This document shows positions 17,565-32,862 of a stretch of 64,000 bases of DNA, piece after piece. The translations under genes were made by a program, and so were the position numbers. A model generated the notes under the pieces. The model was not told the DNA's origin. It did not search any database and saw nothing but the letters and a program-made list of their open reading frames with translations. How positions within the stretch are numbered: position 1 is the first letter of the stretch; each line of letters starts with the position of its first letter. Origin of the DNA: Eledone cirrhosa (lineage: Eukaryota); NCBI GenBank assembly GCA_964016885.1, contig OZ024743.1:309442001-309506000 (forward strand). Reading direction: 5' to 3'.

Positions 17565-17568
<4 letters not shown>
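16983..17568 (+). mobile_element. Short internally deleted RTE-type element
   Basis: Second copy at 57162-57752; encodes an RTE-like terminal C2H2 remnant [22 protein letters not shown]; no RT. Confidence 0.7.
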
Positions 17569-17638
<70 letters not shown>

Positions 17639-17640
17639 AT

Positions 17641-18320
17641 ATATCTTTCTGTCTCTCTTGGTTGTCCATCGTAAACGATGATGACATCATTATTTTTGTT
17701 CCCGTCTGCCGTGGGCAGTGGGTGCACGGGAAGAGACCGGTGTCAGACTGGCAACTCCCAGAAGTTACCTCCACCTCTCGCCCATCGCCGCAACACTTTG
17801 GGAGTGCACGCTAAAGTAGAAACTTGTGCGGAAACGGTTTATAGTGGGAGGGCCAGTGCACAGTGACGGTCCCACTCACTCGGCCGCAGAAGCCAGAATC
17901 CGGTGGTACGGAGCACCGTCACGACCAGGGACTTCCTCGTCTGCAGTGGATGGCCATGACGTCTGTAGTGCCTTGCCGTGCCCAAGCGCTCCACACCGTT
18001 TGCTGTCGCCACCTTTGTGACTGTTGGGACGATGTTGTCCTCCTCCACTCACTCCAACGTGTCCAGTCTTCGCATGCAGTGGCAGGCATCCCCTATCTAA
18101 CTCACCGGGGCTTTCATACCCGTCCGGCTACCCTCAACCTGGTTCGGCTCGCCAGCGAAGGTGGTTTACCGAGGTGTGGCCGCTGTTGCATGCTACAGCT
18201 CTTTGGGGCCACAGGTGAGAGCTGAGTATCAGCTGGGACCCAATGCAGGACGAGCTGTCCTAAAAAGGGCATGGCTAGCCCTCTCTACAGAGGTACATGC
18301 CTCTCCCTGACACCCCAGGC
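17641..18320 (-). mobile_element. Short non-autonomous RTE-type element
   Basis: GC-rich island in (TA)n; 5' HDV-like fold; 3' hairpin CATCGTTTACGATG then a GA-rich tail. Confidence 0.6.
18131..18316 (-). ncRNA. HDV-like ribozyme
   Basis: P1 GGGGTGT/ACACCTC, P2 CTCACCTG/CAGGT(T)GAG, P3 GGC/GCC, P1.1 CC/GG, J4/2 CCGAA. Confidence 0.7.
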
Positions 18321-19319
18321 ATATATACATGCATATACATACACATACATGTGTATATACATATTTAGACATTTTTAGATGGCCGTTGACTCTTATGAGT
18401 TCTTCCGCCCTTTTGTCAGGTTTTGTTTTGTATATAAATATGTATGTATATGTATGTATATATGTATGTATATATATATATGTATATATATGTATGTATA
18501 TATATATATAAGTATGTATAAGTACATACATATATGTATACAGATGTACAGTAGTATGTATATATAAACATACATGCACACATATATATGTACGTATGGG
18601 TTTACCGAACATTTATTATAATGCTCGGTTTGTTTGTAAACAAAAAGCCCGAATTAAGCCGTACAGTGTTTAGTAACCATCGTTGCCCTTGTTCAACACT
18701 GACAAAGGAACGATGTACTAGTTTCAAACTTATTAGCTATCGACAGCATCGTATACCTTCCTGCCAGATGATTAAATCTCAAAGTATATACTTTCCTTAT
18801 GCATATTAACGGCTGAGCAGCCTAATTTGCATATCGAGTGAGTTAGTCGGCCGGGCGCACCGAAAACGATAAATGTAAAAAATGAAACGAAATTTCATTT
18901 CTCACTCTTAGTACGGCTGTTACTTAAATATAAGTATGTATACGTACATACATATATGTATACAGACGTACAGTAGTATCTATATATATATACATACATG
19001 CACACATATATATATGTACGTATGGGTTTATTATTTATTTATATTTTCTTATATTATCATCACTTTATTGTTATCTTTATTTTATCCTTACTTCTAGACT
19101 CTACCCTTTACGCTTTATCTCTTATCTTTAACTTCCTTATCTTTTATGTTTCCTTATCTTTAATTATTATAACTGATTTTGGTCTTATATGTACCGGCTT
19201 ACAGCGGTGACGCGTCGTCCAAGCACCCCACTCTTCTTAGTACTCTGTGCTACACATGGATCGTTCTTGTGACATAGGTCGGTAGAGTTTATACTATTGA
19301 TCTAATTCCTCTTTATAAC

Positions 19320-19364
19320 GCTCTGATGAGTCCTGCAATTATGCAAGGACGAAACACTGTCAGC
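19320..19364 (+). ncRNA. Minimal type I hammerhead ribozyme in a non-coding PLE tail (~19030-19510)
   Basis: GCT-CTGATGA-GTCC...GGAC-GAAAC-ACT-GTC-AGC; canonical core. Confidence 0.92.
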
Positions 19365-20149
19365 AAATAAAGATTAATTGATGATGTAAGCGCTGTTTGT
19401 TTTTGATCCATATAACGGCTCGGCTTTCAAGCATTGAGCTAATTAAATACTGTCGTAAATTCGACAGGACGCCTGTATCTTATACACACGTTCTGTTGTC
19501 TAAACATAATTATATGTATGTATATATATATATATGTATGTATATATATGTATATATATATGTATGTATATATATATGTATATGTATGTTTATATATATA
19601 TGTATATGTATGTATATATATATGTATATGTATGTATATATATATATATATATATATGTATATGTATGTATATATATATATGTGTATATATATATGTATG
19701 TATATATATATATGTATATATATCATAGATTGAGTTATAAACTCAAAATAGTCTTTTACAATTAAATAGCTCAAAGAAGGGAATCTTTCCGAGCCGTGTA
19801 ATATAATTGGATATATGAGAGGGATGAACACAGATATAAGTATACATGTGTTCCAATTGCAAATGACCAAGATAGCTAGGCTGCAAAATACTAATTTAAA
19901 ACAATATGTTTTGCCTGACTCGATTTAAAGTAATAAATCAATAAAAATAACAAACATTTCGGGCAATGGCCTTTGATACCCGGATAGACCGAAATCTGTT
20001 TCGCAAGAATTATTAAGTGAAAGCCAGAATTCCTGTGCTCATCTGCGGGTATACAGGAAAATTTGGACCTTTCACTTCAAAGGATCTAAGTACACATGTA
20101 TACTTATATCTGTGTTGATTCCTCTCATATATCCAATTATATTACACGG

Positions 20150-22260
20150 CTCAGAATGATTCCCTTCGAAAGCACCAACGAAATCCTGGTACATTCGGAC
20201 AAAACTGGAAACCTCTATTTCGTCAACCCTGACAGATACCACACAATTATCAGGAGCAGCCTGAACTCCACCTACAAGAGGCTAACTATTCAATAATCCA
20301 TTACATAAATATAGATGGACAACAAATTACCTCCAACCTCGGGGTCGCAGACCACACTGAACCTCTTGACCCGCGGACTCATTATTTCCCCTTGAAGGAC
20401 CATAAATCCGACTTCGACCGCAGCCCATCCATCAGGCTTATAAACCCGATGAAGTCGGACATAGGGAGTATCAGTAAAAAGATCCTAGATCGCGTTATAC
20501 CAAAAGTAAAGCAAATCGCGAGACTTAGCCTTTCGGTCAGCACCCAGGAAGTCATCTCATGGTTCAGGAATATTGATGACAAACAGGACACCAGATTCAT
20601 CAAGTTCGACATAGAGAGCTATTACGCCTACATTGCCTTCCCGCTCCTTACGGCCGCTTTGGACTTTGCCAAAACACTCACACCCATCACCGACCAGGAA
20701 AGAAACATCATTCTCCACGCCAGAAAGACAGTCCTCCTATTCGACAACTCCAAGTAGATAACGAGAGCACCCGGCTCCCCCCTCGACCTCAGTATGGGCG
20801 CGACCGACTCGGCCGAAATGACCGATCTCATAGGATTATTCCTACTGCATAAACTCACCGAAATGTTTCTTGCATTCGCCAGTGGATTGTACCGAGACGT
20901 TGGGCTCCTTACCCTCAAAGGGTACAACCCCAGTATTACCGACTGGGCCCGTAAACAACAAATCAACTTCTTCCGGGATTGGGGATTTAAAATCACCCTA
21001 CAAACGTCCCTAACCCGAATCAATTTCCTGGACGTTACACTCAACCTCGAAAATGATCTGTACTACCCATACATGAAACCAAATGACAAACTTCACTACA
21101 TCCACCGCCGCTCTAACCATTCTAGAAACATCACCAATAACCTGGTTAAAAACATCTCCCTCCGCATATCCAGTTTGTCCGCTAATGAGCAGATATTCGA
21201 TGAACATGCGCCATATTACAACCAGGCTCTCAAGCGAAGCGGCTTCCGGGAGGAAATGTCCTTTTATCCAGCTTCCATTAGCGCAACCAGCAGCCGACGT
21301 AACGTGGTTCAACCCTCCCCACAATGCCGAGGTGACAACACCAATCGGGAAAATCTTCTTTAGGCTTCTCGAAAAACACCTCCCACCACAACACCGCTAC
21401 CACAACATAATCAACAAAAACACTATCGAACTCTCCTACAGCACCACACCCAACTTCGCAGGAAACATCGCCTCCTCAAACAACAAGAAACTCAACTCCT
21501 ATGGAAGAAACAACCTAGACATTAGTGGAGAGCCGACCAGGAGGTGTAACTGCCCTGATAGATCTACGTGCCCCCTCAACAACAAATGCCGAGAACGTAA
21601 CGTGATCTACCAATGCAACGTGAGGAGGGAAAAATCCAACAGAGCCTATACAGGATTAACCGCTTGTGACTTTAAGACCCGGCTCTACCAACACCGACAA
21701 ACGTTCCGAAACCCGGCCCGGCGTTATGCCACTACACTCTCGGACCACATCTGGGACCTCCAAGTTAATAACATAACATATAATCTTACTTGGAGCTTAC
21801 TGTCCAGAGCTAAACTCCTAAACGGGAGGACGCCGTCCGTGTAATTTATGCTTGGAGGAAACAATACAATTGCTGTTTACGAAGGAGCAACTCCTAAGCA
21901 AAAAAGACGAACTTGTAACTGCATGTAAACACCGATTGCGTAGGACTTACCTCTCCCTCAAACCCCCTCATGACGCGGGTGAGTAGACAATGGCTGCAAC
22001 ATCCTTCTTTTCCCCACTTGCCGAACAAAATAGGGGAAACCCCAGCATATATAGGTAGATGTACTTCTTTTGTTTTTCCCTTTATTTCTTCTTATCACTT
22101 CCTTCCACCCTCTCTCTTCTTCCTTTTCCTTTTTCCTCTTTCGCCTACCCTGAGGCAGCCCATCGCGCTTTTGTAGCGTCAGAACCCCCACCCCAGTAAA
22201 TTCTATATAGTATTGGCCGAAAACGAAATACCAGCTAAAAATATAGCAGCTGCTTTAGAC
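20150..22260 (+). pseudogene. Decayed PLE RT-GIY-YIG with stops and frameshifts
   Basis: HSDKTGN, KDHK, KFDIESYY, MGA, GLYRDV, NFLD, CNCP..CPL..NVIY..AYTGLT. Confidence 0.92.
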
Positions 22261-22744
22261 TCTAGAGATCTTTTTTTATTATTTTTCACTATTTCCTTTT
22301 TTTCTTTTTTTTACTTTTAATCTCACTTTATTAACCATTTAATTTTATAACGTCCCACTCTCAGATTTCTTTTTCGCCTGCCTTCTACCTAGCCTAAGTT
22401 CAAACACACTCCTTAGAATTTGCTGTATAGATTCGTATATATATATACATATATAACCAAAAGTTTTACAAGGTTCATTGATTAATCAATGAATATAGTT
22501 TTACAATAGATTAGCAGCACTCAAGAATAGGTTTCTGTAGTTATTAATATTACTTCAAAATATTAATATATATAGACATTCATGTGATGTATATGTATAT
22601 CTATACCTACCCGGAATACCATAACTGGACTACACCTAAGTGGACTGCATATGACTATTATTTGTTACCCCGTATATTTAGCTCCCACCTGGTCGAGCAA
22701 CACCATTAACGCACGGCAACAACATAGAGAAGCAACGCATAGGA

Positions 22745-25175
22745 ATGTCACTGAAAAACATACCTATACCTACAAAAAAGGACTATACACTGGGCATGAT
22801 ACAACGGACTAATGATTTCATCCGCAGGGTCCGATGGAAAGCTTACCATTTCGACAAGGGACCGAATACTAACGCAAGGGAATTTTCTAAGGAGAATTAC
22901 GGATTTAAATCCTGCAAAAACCCGCCAAACAACCCCGCACTCGATGCCTTCGATGCACTCGATGCCTTCGAGCTGGACCTTATGAATATGATAAGTGAAA
23001 CTAAATTCAAAAAAGGAACAAATCACAACAAATTACAAAATTACATAAATACACTACTAAAAAAAACTAAAAGACACTAACGGTATCATAGTAAAAGCAG
23101 ACAAAACATCAAACGTATACTCTATGGACATTAACACATACAATAGCTTTATCCAGCGTGAACTACATAAAAAATACAAAAAAAACAAATGAATCTACAC
23201 TCACCAGCATTAACGTGGAGGGCCTCAAGATAGTTAATAAACTCGGAATTCCCGATAAGACCGAACCGCTAACCCCGTGCAACCCAACATTTAACCTGAA
23301 GGATCACAAAAATAATTTTGAAACAAACCCCACCATTAGATTAATATGCCCATCCAAGTCAGACATAGGCAAAATTAGCAAGAACATTCTAGATAGGGTA
23401 ATCGCACAAATAAAGGGTAAACTAGAAATCAATTTATGGGGTAACACTAACGAGGCAATTGAATGGTTCAATAAAATACAAAATATGGAGACGTGTAACT
23501 TCATACAATTTGATATAGACGACTACTATGCATCCATATCCCCAGCTACCCTAGATAAGGCGCTTATATTTGCCCAAAATAACTCCGATCTTACCCATGA
23601 TGAAATTGAAATAATAATAGCGGTTAGAAGGACTATCATAAAATTTGAAAATAGCTACTGGGTAAGAAAAGATAGGATAAACTGCATCGATATAACAATG
23701 GGATCAAATGACTCTGCGCAAATCACAGATATCGTGGGGCTATTCATAGCACACAACCTATATAAGGAATTCAGTAACCTCCAAGGAGGAATTTATAGGG
23801 ACGACATGCTACTTATAGCTAGGAACTTAAACAACCAGATCATGGAAAGATTAAGAAAAAACATTAGAATATTCTTCAAAAAACTAGGCCTAAGTATTAC
23901 CTACGAACTGAACCATAAGAAGGTAAACTTTCTAGATGTGACTCTAAATCTAAATACGGGATTAATAGAACCTTTCCACAAAAATAATGAAAATATAGTC
24001 TACATTAGTTACAACTCAAACCACCCCAAATCCATAATCAGATCCATAGCACGTAGTATATCCCTCCGAATATCCCGCTTATCCTCTAACTTAGAAATTT
24101 TTAACGAACATGCTGACTATTATAATGCAGCATTACGTAGGGCCGGTCATAAAGATAAACTGCAGTATATAATGAATAAAGACAACGTAAACAATCCTAG
24201 TAACAACTACACCAACCGCTCACACAATAATAGAAGTAACTGGACTAGGCATAGGGTTAGGCACGTAGCACCTGGAGTGAACAGTCAAAACACTAATAAC
24301 GTAAACCCAAGAAACAATAGAAGAATCAGACAAAGAAAATACCTATGGTTCAACCCAATCTTCAACTCCTCTATAAAAACTAAACTGCCCTCTACATTCT
24401 TTAAACTAATAGATAAACACTTCCCTATTTCACATATATATCATGAAATACTCAATAGAATTACTATAAAACTCTCATACTCGACAGCAGTAAATATAGA
24501 ATCACACATATGCAAGATCAACCACAGAAATATCTCTAGTAAATCAGCCGCACCTATGCACCAAATTATAAGCATAACGTAGCACTAAATTATAAGCATA
24601 AACACATCACAGTATCACAACCGCAAGCGCATACAAACGCGTTGCAGCAAAACCCCAATGGGCATATATCACAACCCACTTATAACAGAGTACTAAACGG
24701 GAGTGTAGAAGCTGCACAAAATAGCACCTCAAACTGTAACTGTCACCTACCAGATAGGTGCCCATTGGCGAACAGATGTCTCGATTCGAGCCTAGTGTAC
24801 ATGTGCACGGTCAACTCGGATAACTCCACCTGGAATTACATAGGATCCACCGCGGGTTCTTTTAAAAAAAGATGGTATGTGCACAGACACTCGATGCAAA
24901 ACCGTGCACTTATGGGTTCCACAACCCTCGCCAAAAAAATATGGGAACTGAAGGACAACAACACTAACTACAGTATTAACTGGTCGAAGTTGTCGACTGC
25001 TAAAACCTATAGTACAGGTATGTCCCACTGCGGGCTATGTGATCTTGAACTAATGTATATCCTCAAAAATGTAAAAAGGCTACTTAACAATAAGTTAGAA
25101 GGATCTATCTTCTGCAGACATAGAATCGCCACTAAATTCATAAGATTCAAACCTCCGCGAATCGAACCAACATAA
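22745..25175 (+). pseudogene. PLE RT-GIY-YIG ORF in several frames
   Basis: MSLKNIPIP, QFDIDDYY, GGIYRDD, NFLD, CNCH..CPL..LVY..YIGST, CGLC, CRH. Confidence 0.93.
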
Positions 25176-25507
25176 CATAGCTTTAAACTAGGATACCCAC
25201 TACCCTGCATAAATCACCACAGAAATATACTCATTAAGTACACTCTAGCCTTCACAGTTCTATACCACACAAATGTCTGTAAGTACCTCATCAACCCATA
25301 AACTTACTCCTTCTCAGCTGCTGCCATCACTTGATCCTAAATCCAAGAATTTCTCAAATCACTACTACAATGTAACTTTACCTTCCTTTTGCCATAATTA
25401 CAGTCAGCATGTTTATCTCTTTGCATGTATGTATTTGTACGAGTGTATATTGATGTGTATGTATGTGTCTATGTACACGTGCGTGTGTATATATATATGT
25501 GTGTGTA

Positions 25508-25544
<37 letters not shown>

Positions 25545-26000
25545 CCTCCTTAACCTCTATATTAACTTGCCCATTATTTAGCTTTGACAGTGTTGTCCCA
25601 TACATATATGTTATTGAAGATGAAAAGAAAGACTGTATTCTCATCTAATGTAGACCACACAAATTCTACTCAATGATAAATACTTCGTCGGTCAGATAAA
25701 TACTGAACATTACGGCCACCTGACCTACATTGTTGATAAACACCGGCTTATCTTTAAAATTGATATAATACACCCTACGACACTCCTTACATGTCAACCT
25801 TCTGCTTCATGTCAGCTAGTTTTACACGCCGAAATCTTAGATACGCTATACCCCCACCTAATGAAATGTCAGGGTCTCCTCAAATAATTTATTACTAGCA
25901 TTGTTGTAATTGTTGTTATTGTTCTAAATGAATGCCATTACTACTTCATATAGTAGCCTGTATATTCCTTTCATGCCTGTATATCCTCTTCATTATCGCA

Positions 26001-26108
26001 TGCTCCGAAGAACTGACTGGTTATAATTTTGTATTGGCGATCGAGTAACGTGAAAACAAGCGAATAGCGATCTCTAGACCTACCAGTTCAGAGAAACAAT
26101 TGTCAGCA
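26001..26108 (+). ncRNA. Hammerhead variant (CCGAAGA core, long stem II)
   Basis: TGCT-CCGAAGA...CTGGT/ACCAG...GAAAC-AATT-GTC-AGCA. Confidence 0.7.
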
Positions 26109-26337
26109 ATGAGATTAAAAACCTTTTTTGTATAGCAAACCATGTCAATCTTCTTTCCTGATTTATTATTACTCCAAGTGTTTACAACATAGGAATTACA
26201 GCATACTCGCAACATCAATATGAAAACGCCTTGTTGAGTCAAACCAAGACAAGCGTTGATATCATCCACTATCCGGAATACCATAACTGGACTACACCTA
26301 AGTGGACTGTATATAACTATTATTTGTTACCCCGTAT

Positions 26338-27063
<726 letters not shown>

Positions 27064-27392
27064 ATGTAATAAACAACATAAGATAATTATTTCATTTACC
27101 AAAGATTTCAAGAAGACAGACGGGCCTCACATAGACGTCTGACATCGCGCCTCAGAATGATGATGTATTTAAAACGGAAGTGAGTTATGCATTTCAAAAC
27201 AAGATCTAGAACATTTGAAAGCGAGGCTGAAATAAAATAATGGACGTAATGTAAAGGGGAAAATAATAAAGTATATGTATATATATATAAAAATATACAC
27301 ATTCATATATAAGCACATACGCACGCATATACTTATACTCACCTACTTACACATACTTACACATGGACATACACATATCTATAAATAAATAA

Positions 27393-27441
<49 letters not shown>

Positions 27442-27492
27442 CATACATAAGAAACGGTGTCTCAGTGTTGCGACGAATAAAATTTATTAGAG

Positions 27493-27581
27493 ATATTACA
27501 ATCGTTTCTCCGGCGACCAGCTCGAGGCACGATCGATACAATGATCGAATCTGACTCTGAAATCGCAAGTTCCTCAGATAC
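27493..27581 (-). ncRNA. Hammerhead-like motif in a short insert (27452-27693)
   Basis: GTAT-CTGAGGA...GAAAC-GATT-GTA-ATAT then AATAAA; stem II is weak. Confidence 0.55.
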
Positions 27582-27689
27582 GTCTTGATTCAACGAAGCA
27601 GAGTTTCCAAATGCCCAGTTACTCTGCTCTGTAAGAGAATCGAGTGCTCAAACGGCCTACCGCTTACGGACGCTTTAAGCATCCCACAC

Positions 27690-27780
<91 letters not shown>

Positions 27781-27826
27781 TTAGAATTGGAGCTCTTAAA
27801 TAGCCATATATATATGGATGTATATA

Positions 27827-28178
27827 TAATGTATTTTGCAATACACTTTATGCTTAATTAAAAGCATTTTGAAGACCGTATGCTATTGTTTTAGAGTAGT
27901 GAAAAATTCACTTACTTTAATCTCAGCAAACAGGGGGGATAAGCCGACAAGACCTTGTTTCGCATTCATTGACGCTTATCAAGGCTAACTACTCCCTCCT
28001 GTCTGCCGAGATCACTGATGTTATATTCTTATAGAATTCTAGTAAATAATCAGGAACTGATTATACAGAGCGGTTTGCTGAGATTAAAGTAAGTGAATTT
28101 GTCACTACTCTAAAACAATAGCATACGGTCTTCAAAATGCTTTTAATTAAGCATAAAGTGTACTGCAAAATACATTAT
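27827..28178. repeat. Fold-back element with ~105-bp inverted arms
   Basis: 27827-27931 pairs with 28074-28178. Confidence 0.85.
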
Positions 28179-28185
28179 ATATACA

Positions 28186-28234
<49 letters not shown>

Positions 28235-28305
28235 CTATATATATATATATTCATATATATATATATATATTCATATATACATATATATATATTCATATAT
28301 ATATA

Positions 28306-28341
<36 letters not shown>

Positions 28342-28616
28342 TATATACATACATACACGCACGCATGCATTTACATGTACACATGCATACACATATATAT
28401 ATGAATACATATACACACACACACATATATAAACACATATACAATATACCATACCCACAAGTACCTTTATGTAGACATAGTTCAGTTGTTGGTTAAGCAA
28501 GCAAGAAAAGAATTAAAAATAAGATTAAAAATAAAGATAAAAATAAAAATAACGTATCTAAAATACAGGTGTTGACAAAAACAAGAAAATAAAGAATTAA
28601 GGAATAAAAATAAATC

Positions 28617-28654
<38 letters not shown>

Positions 28655-28806
28655 CACACACACACACATATATATACAGGCACACGTAAACACACATATA
28701 ATAATAAATGTACACTCACAATTATTACATACATATGTATATACATATATATACATACCTATAAACATATACATATATATACCTCTTGCTTTTATACTTG
28801 TGTGTC

Positions 28807-28893
<87 letters not shown>

Positions 28894-29219
28894 GAAAACA
28901 CAGGTAAGCATTAAGAGAAGGACTTTATCCAGGTTTTTACGACCGTTTCATTGGTAAGTGCAACCTTATATTGCTATACTGCAAATAGCAGCCACTCAAT
29001 TATAATTGTTGTTCACAGTCCAAATTTTCAAAATAGTGAGTAAGTTACTCTTGAAATAATTCTTAATATATAGAGAAAAACATTTATTTGGAATTGTATT
29101 TACTAGTATAGTGAGACAGGAATCAGAAGGTGAGGGGACAAACGGAATAGTAGAGGAAAAGGGAGTGGAAGGAAGTGAGAAGTGATAAAGGGGAAAAAGA
29201 AAAGAATTAAATATATCAC

Positions 29220-30876
29220 AATATTTGATATCACAATGGTTGCTTCCGATTCATCGCAATTGACTGATTTGATTGGTATTTTTATTTTGAATTCTTTAAA
29301 TCGGAAAATTCCTCAACTTCGCGGTGGAATTTATCGTGACGATGGACTTTTTACTATCTTAAATTGCAATTTAGTTAACTTTAATGTTATTATAAATATT
29401 AACTATAACATATTAACTATAACATCTCTTGGAGGAAAGTTTGTTCTGCCTCTACCTACTTGAATGCCTCCCTATCCAGAACATGTAATCTTTGCCTATC
29501 TGAGAAAGTTACCATTATATCTAATTTAAATTCTATAATAAATAGGCGCACTGATTTATTTTCTCTCTGCTTGCATAAATTCCACATAACATTCCATAAA
29601 GCATACAGCTAATATCTAATACCTTCCTAGTTTAAAATCCTTTTTCTCAAAGGTTTATATATATATTTTTTAAATATACCCATCTTTCTACCTTAGTTCA
29701 ATATTATTTATAATATATTATATAATACAAGTTACTCATTCTATATCATTCCTCTTTATCACTTTCCTTTCTTCCTCTTTTCTTTTTTCATTTTAATTTC
29801 TAACCTCTAATCTGTACTTTTTCTTCCTAACTAATTCTCAATTCTTATTATTACTCACCACAACATTATCCATTCTTCCATCTTTCTTCATATCATTGGC
29901 CATAAAAATTATTACTATCTTTTTAATGCATTATAGTATTACCTTTAATAGTCCTTCGTAAACATAAACAGTTTTTTACGTTAGATTTTTCTTCCTTAAA
30001 TTCCTTATCTCTTCCTTTCATGCTCGTTTGACTTTTACATATTACATATTACAATACATAAAAACAAACTTAAACCCTAACTAATTTCTTTTAATATATT
30101 ATATTATTACCATTAGAAAATATTTCGTAAACATATATATTTTTTTTTATGTTAGATATTTTCTTCCTTAAACATTCTTTTCTTCGTTGCTTTCTGCGCT
30201 CATTTTTTAAACAAACTATTTACGTACATATATTACGCACACATATTACATTACATAAAAACAAACTTAAATACTAACTAATTCCTCTAAATTCATAACT
30301 CATCCACTCTTCTACTTCTTTTCACATTATATCCTTAATAACATTAATATTTTTATTTTAATAATACATATTAACAATTTCTTTTCCTCGCACATATTAT
30401 AAAACCCTTCAATATACGAACCTTAATTTAATATTATTCTTAACCCCTTTTTCTCTCCATCAACTTTTAATTTCAAATTCTTTTAAATTATCTATTATCT
30501 TCCAACGGCTTTTTAACTTCTCTCTGTGAGACAATATATATTTTTCTCAGTTGTAAAGGCTATCTCTCTCTCTCTATCACCCATCTCTCCTCCTCTCTCA
30601 TCCTTCCTTCTTATACTCCTCCCCCACCATTCTTTACTCTCATCTCCTTCTCTTCCTTACCCCCCCCCCCCTCACCTTTTCCCAATATCACACATCAATC
30701 TTAAATTATTTTTCATATGTTGATTTAAAACTTCACTATTCACAAGTGTTTTTTAACCTTCATATCATGTATCCCTATTTTATCTGATTAAAACGCAGAT
30801 ATCATCTCATGATGATATTTGTTTTTGAAATGCACATAATAAAATACTTGGAACTCTTTTAACCATCTTTTGATCT

Positions 30877-30880
<4 letters not shown>
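29220..30880 (+). mobile_element. Highly deleted PLE relic with decayed HHR at 30779-30843
   Basis: FDITM..DSSQLTDLIG..GGIYRDDGL, then CNLCLSE..CLH; tail resembles the reverse complement of 3660-3762. Confidence 0.8.
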
Positions 30881-30902
<22 letters not shown>

Positions 30903-30907
<5 letters not shown>

Positions 30908-31295
30908 ATATTAAGTAAAAGGAAACTATAATTTATAAAACGATATTTATTCTATTATATAGATTTCAAGGGTACCAACATTTTGGTACGTTAACATAAG
31001 ATAAAATACAAAACGTTTTATAAATATTTTACATAACCAAGGATAATATACCTTAACGGTTCAAGTTATCCCTGGATAGTTATAAAACATTTTGTATTTT
31101 ATCTGATGATAGCATATCAAAATTTCGTTCCCTTGAAATATATATAATAGAATAAATATGGTTTTATAAATTATAGTTTCCATTTACTTAATATCATTGT
31201 ATATTATACTCCAGAAAACCGTTTGAGTGCTCTGAATCAGTTATAAACATTTATATTTGTTGAATTACCAACAAATTGAATATCCCTTCTGCTTA
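30903..31295 (+). mobile_element. Solo PLE tail with inverted arm; HHR at ~31100-31149
   Basis: 30903-31015 is an inverse of 31088-31197; CTGATGA...GAAAT-ATAT-ATA; same family as 45720-45985. Confidence 0.8.
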
Positions 31296-32307
<1,012 letters not shown>

Positions 32308-32404
32308 CGATTTACATATACACAAACTAGAGAAAGTCATAGATATATATATATATGTTTTTGGCAACCATTAACGATGTGGCTCAATGTGTCCAGGGGA
32401 GTTT

Positions 32405-32488
32405 GTTTCCTGATGATTTCGAAGCTGGTGAATTTGTCCTTGATCGGATATTTCCAAAAGCGAATGAAACCCCCCATGGGGTAGAAAC
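32405..32488 (+). ncRNA. Type I hammerhead with stable stem III in a non-coding tail (32355-32805)
   Basis: GTTTC-CTGATGA-TTTCG...CGAAT-GAAACCCC..GGGGTA-GAAAC. Confidence 0.8.
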
Positions 32489-32802
32489 GTAATCTTGGTG
32501 TGTTTATATATATTTTTTGTTCTAACATCGATTTTATACCTAATTGTGTATGGTCGATATATTTAATCGATTTCCATGTGCTATGTCGTTTATTTATCTA
32601 TTATTTCTTCATAGGTGTCTTTTAATCTTATAGCCTGGTTTAATTGTTTTTTTGTGTGGTTGATTATGCTGATTGGAAGAGGAGATGGTGTATATATTTT
32701 ATCAAATGATTCTATGGACATACTTTATTGTATATTGCTCTGATTGTTGATTATTTAATTAATTAATTCGTCATTGAGCCACATCGTGAATGGTTGCCAA
32801 AA

Positions 32803-32860
<58 letters not shown>

Positions 32861-32862
<2 letters not shown>

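Larger units (their letters stand above)
22611..26337 (+). mobile_element. Near full-length PLE with short direct terminal repeats
   Basis: 22611-22677 is repeated at 26273-26337; broken ORF 22745-25175. Confidence 0.93.

Noticed and set aside
22147-22235. Possible HHR in the tail of the 20-22 kb PLE (a similar one at 27090-27160)
   Set aside because: The core is CTGAGGC and the stems are too degenerate to support.
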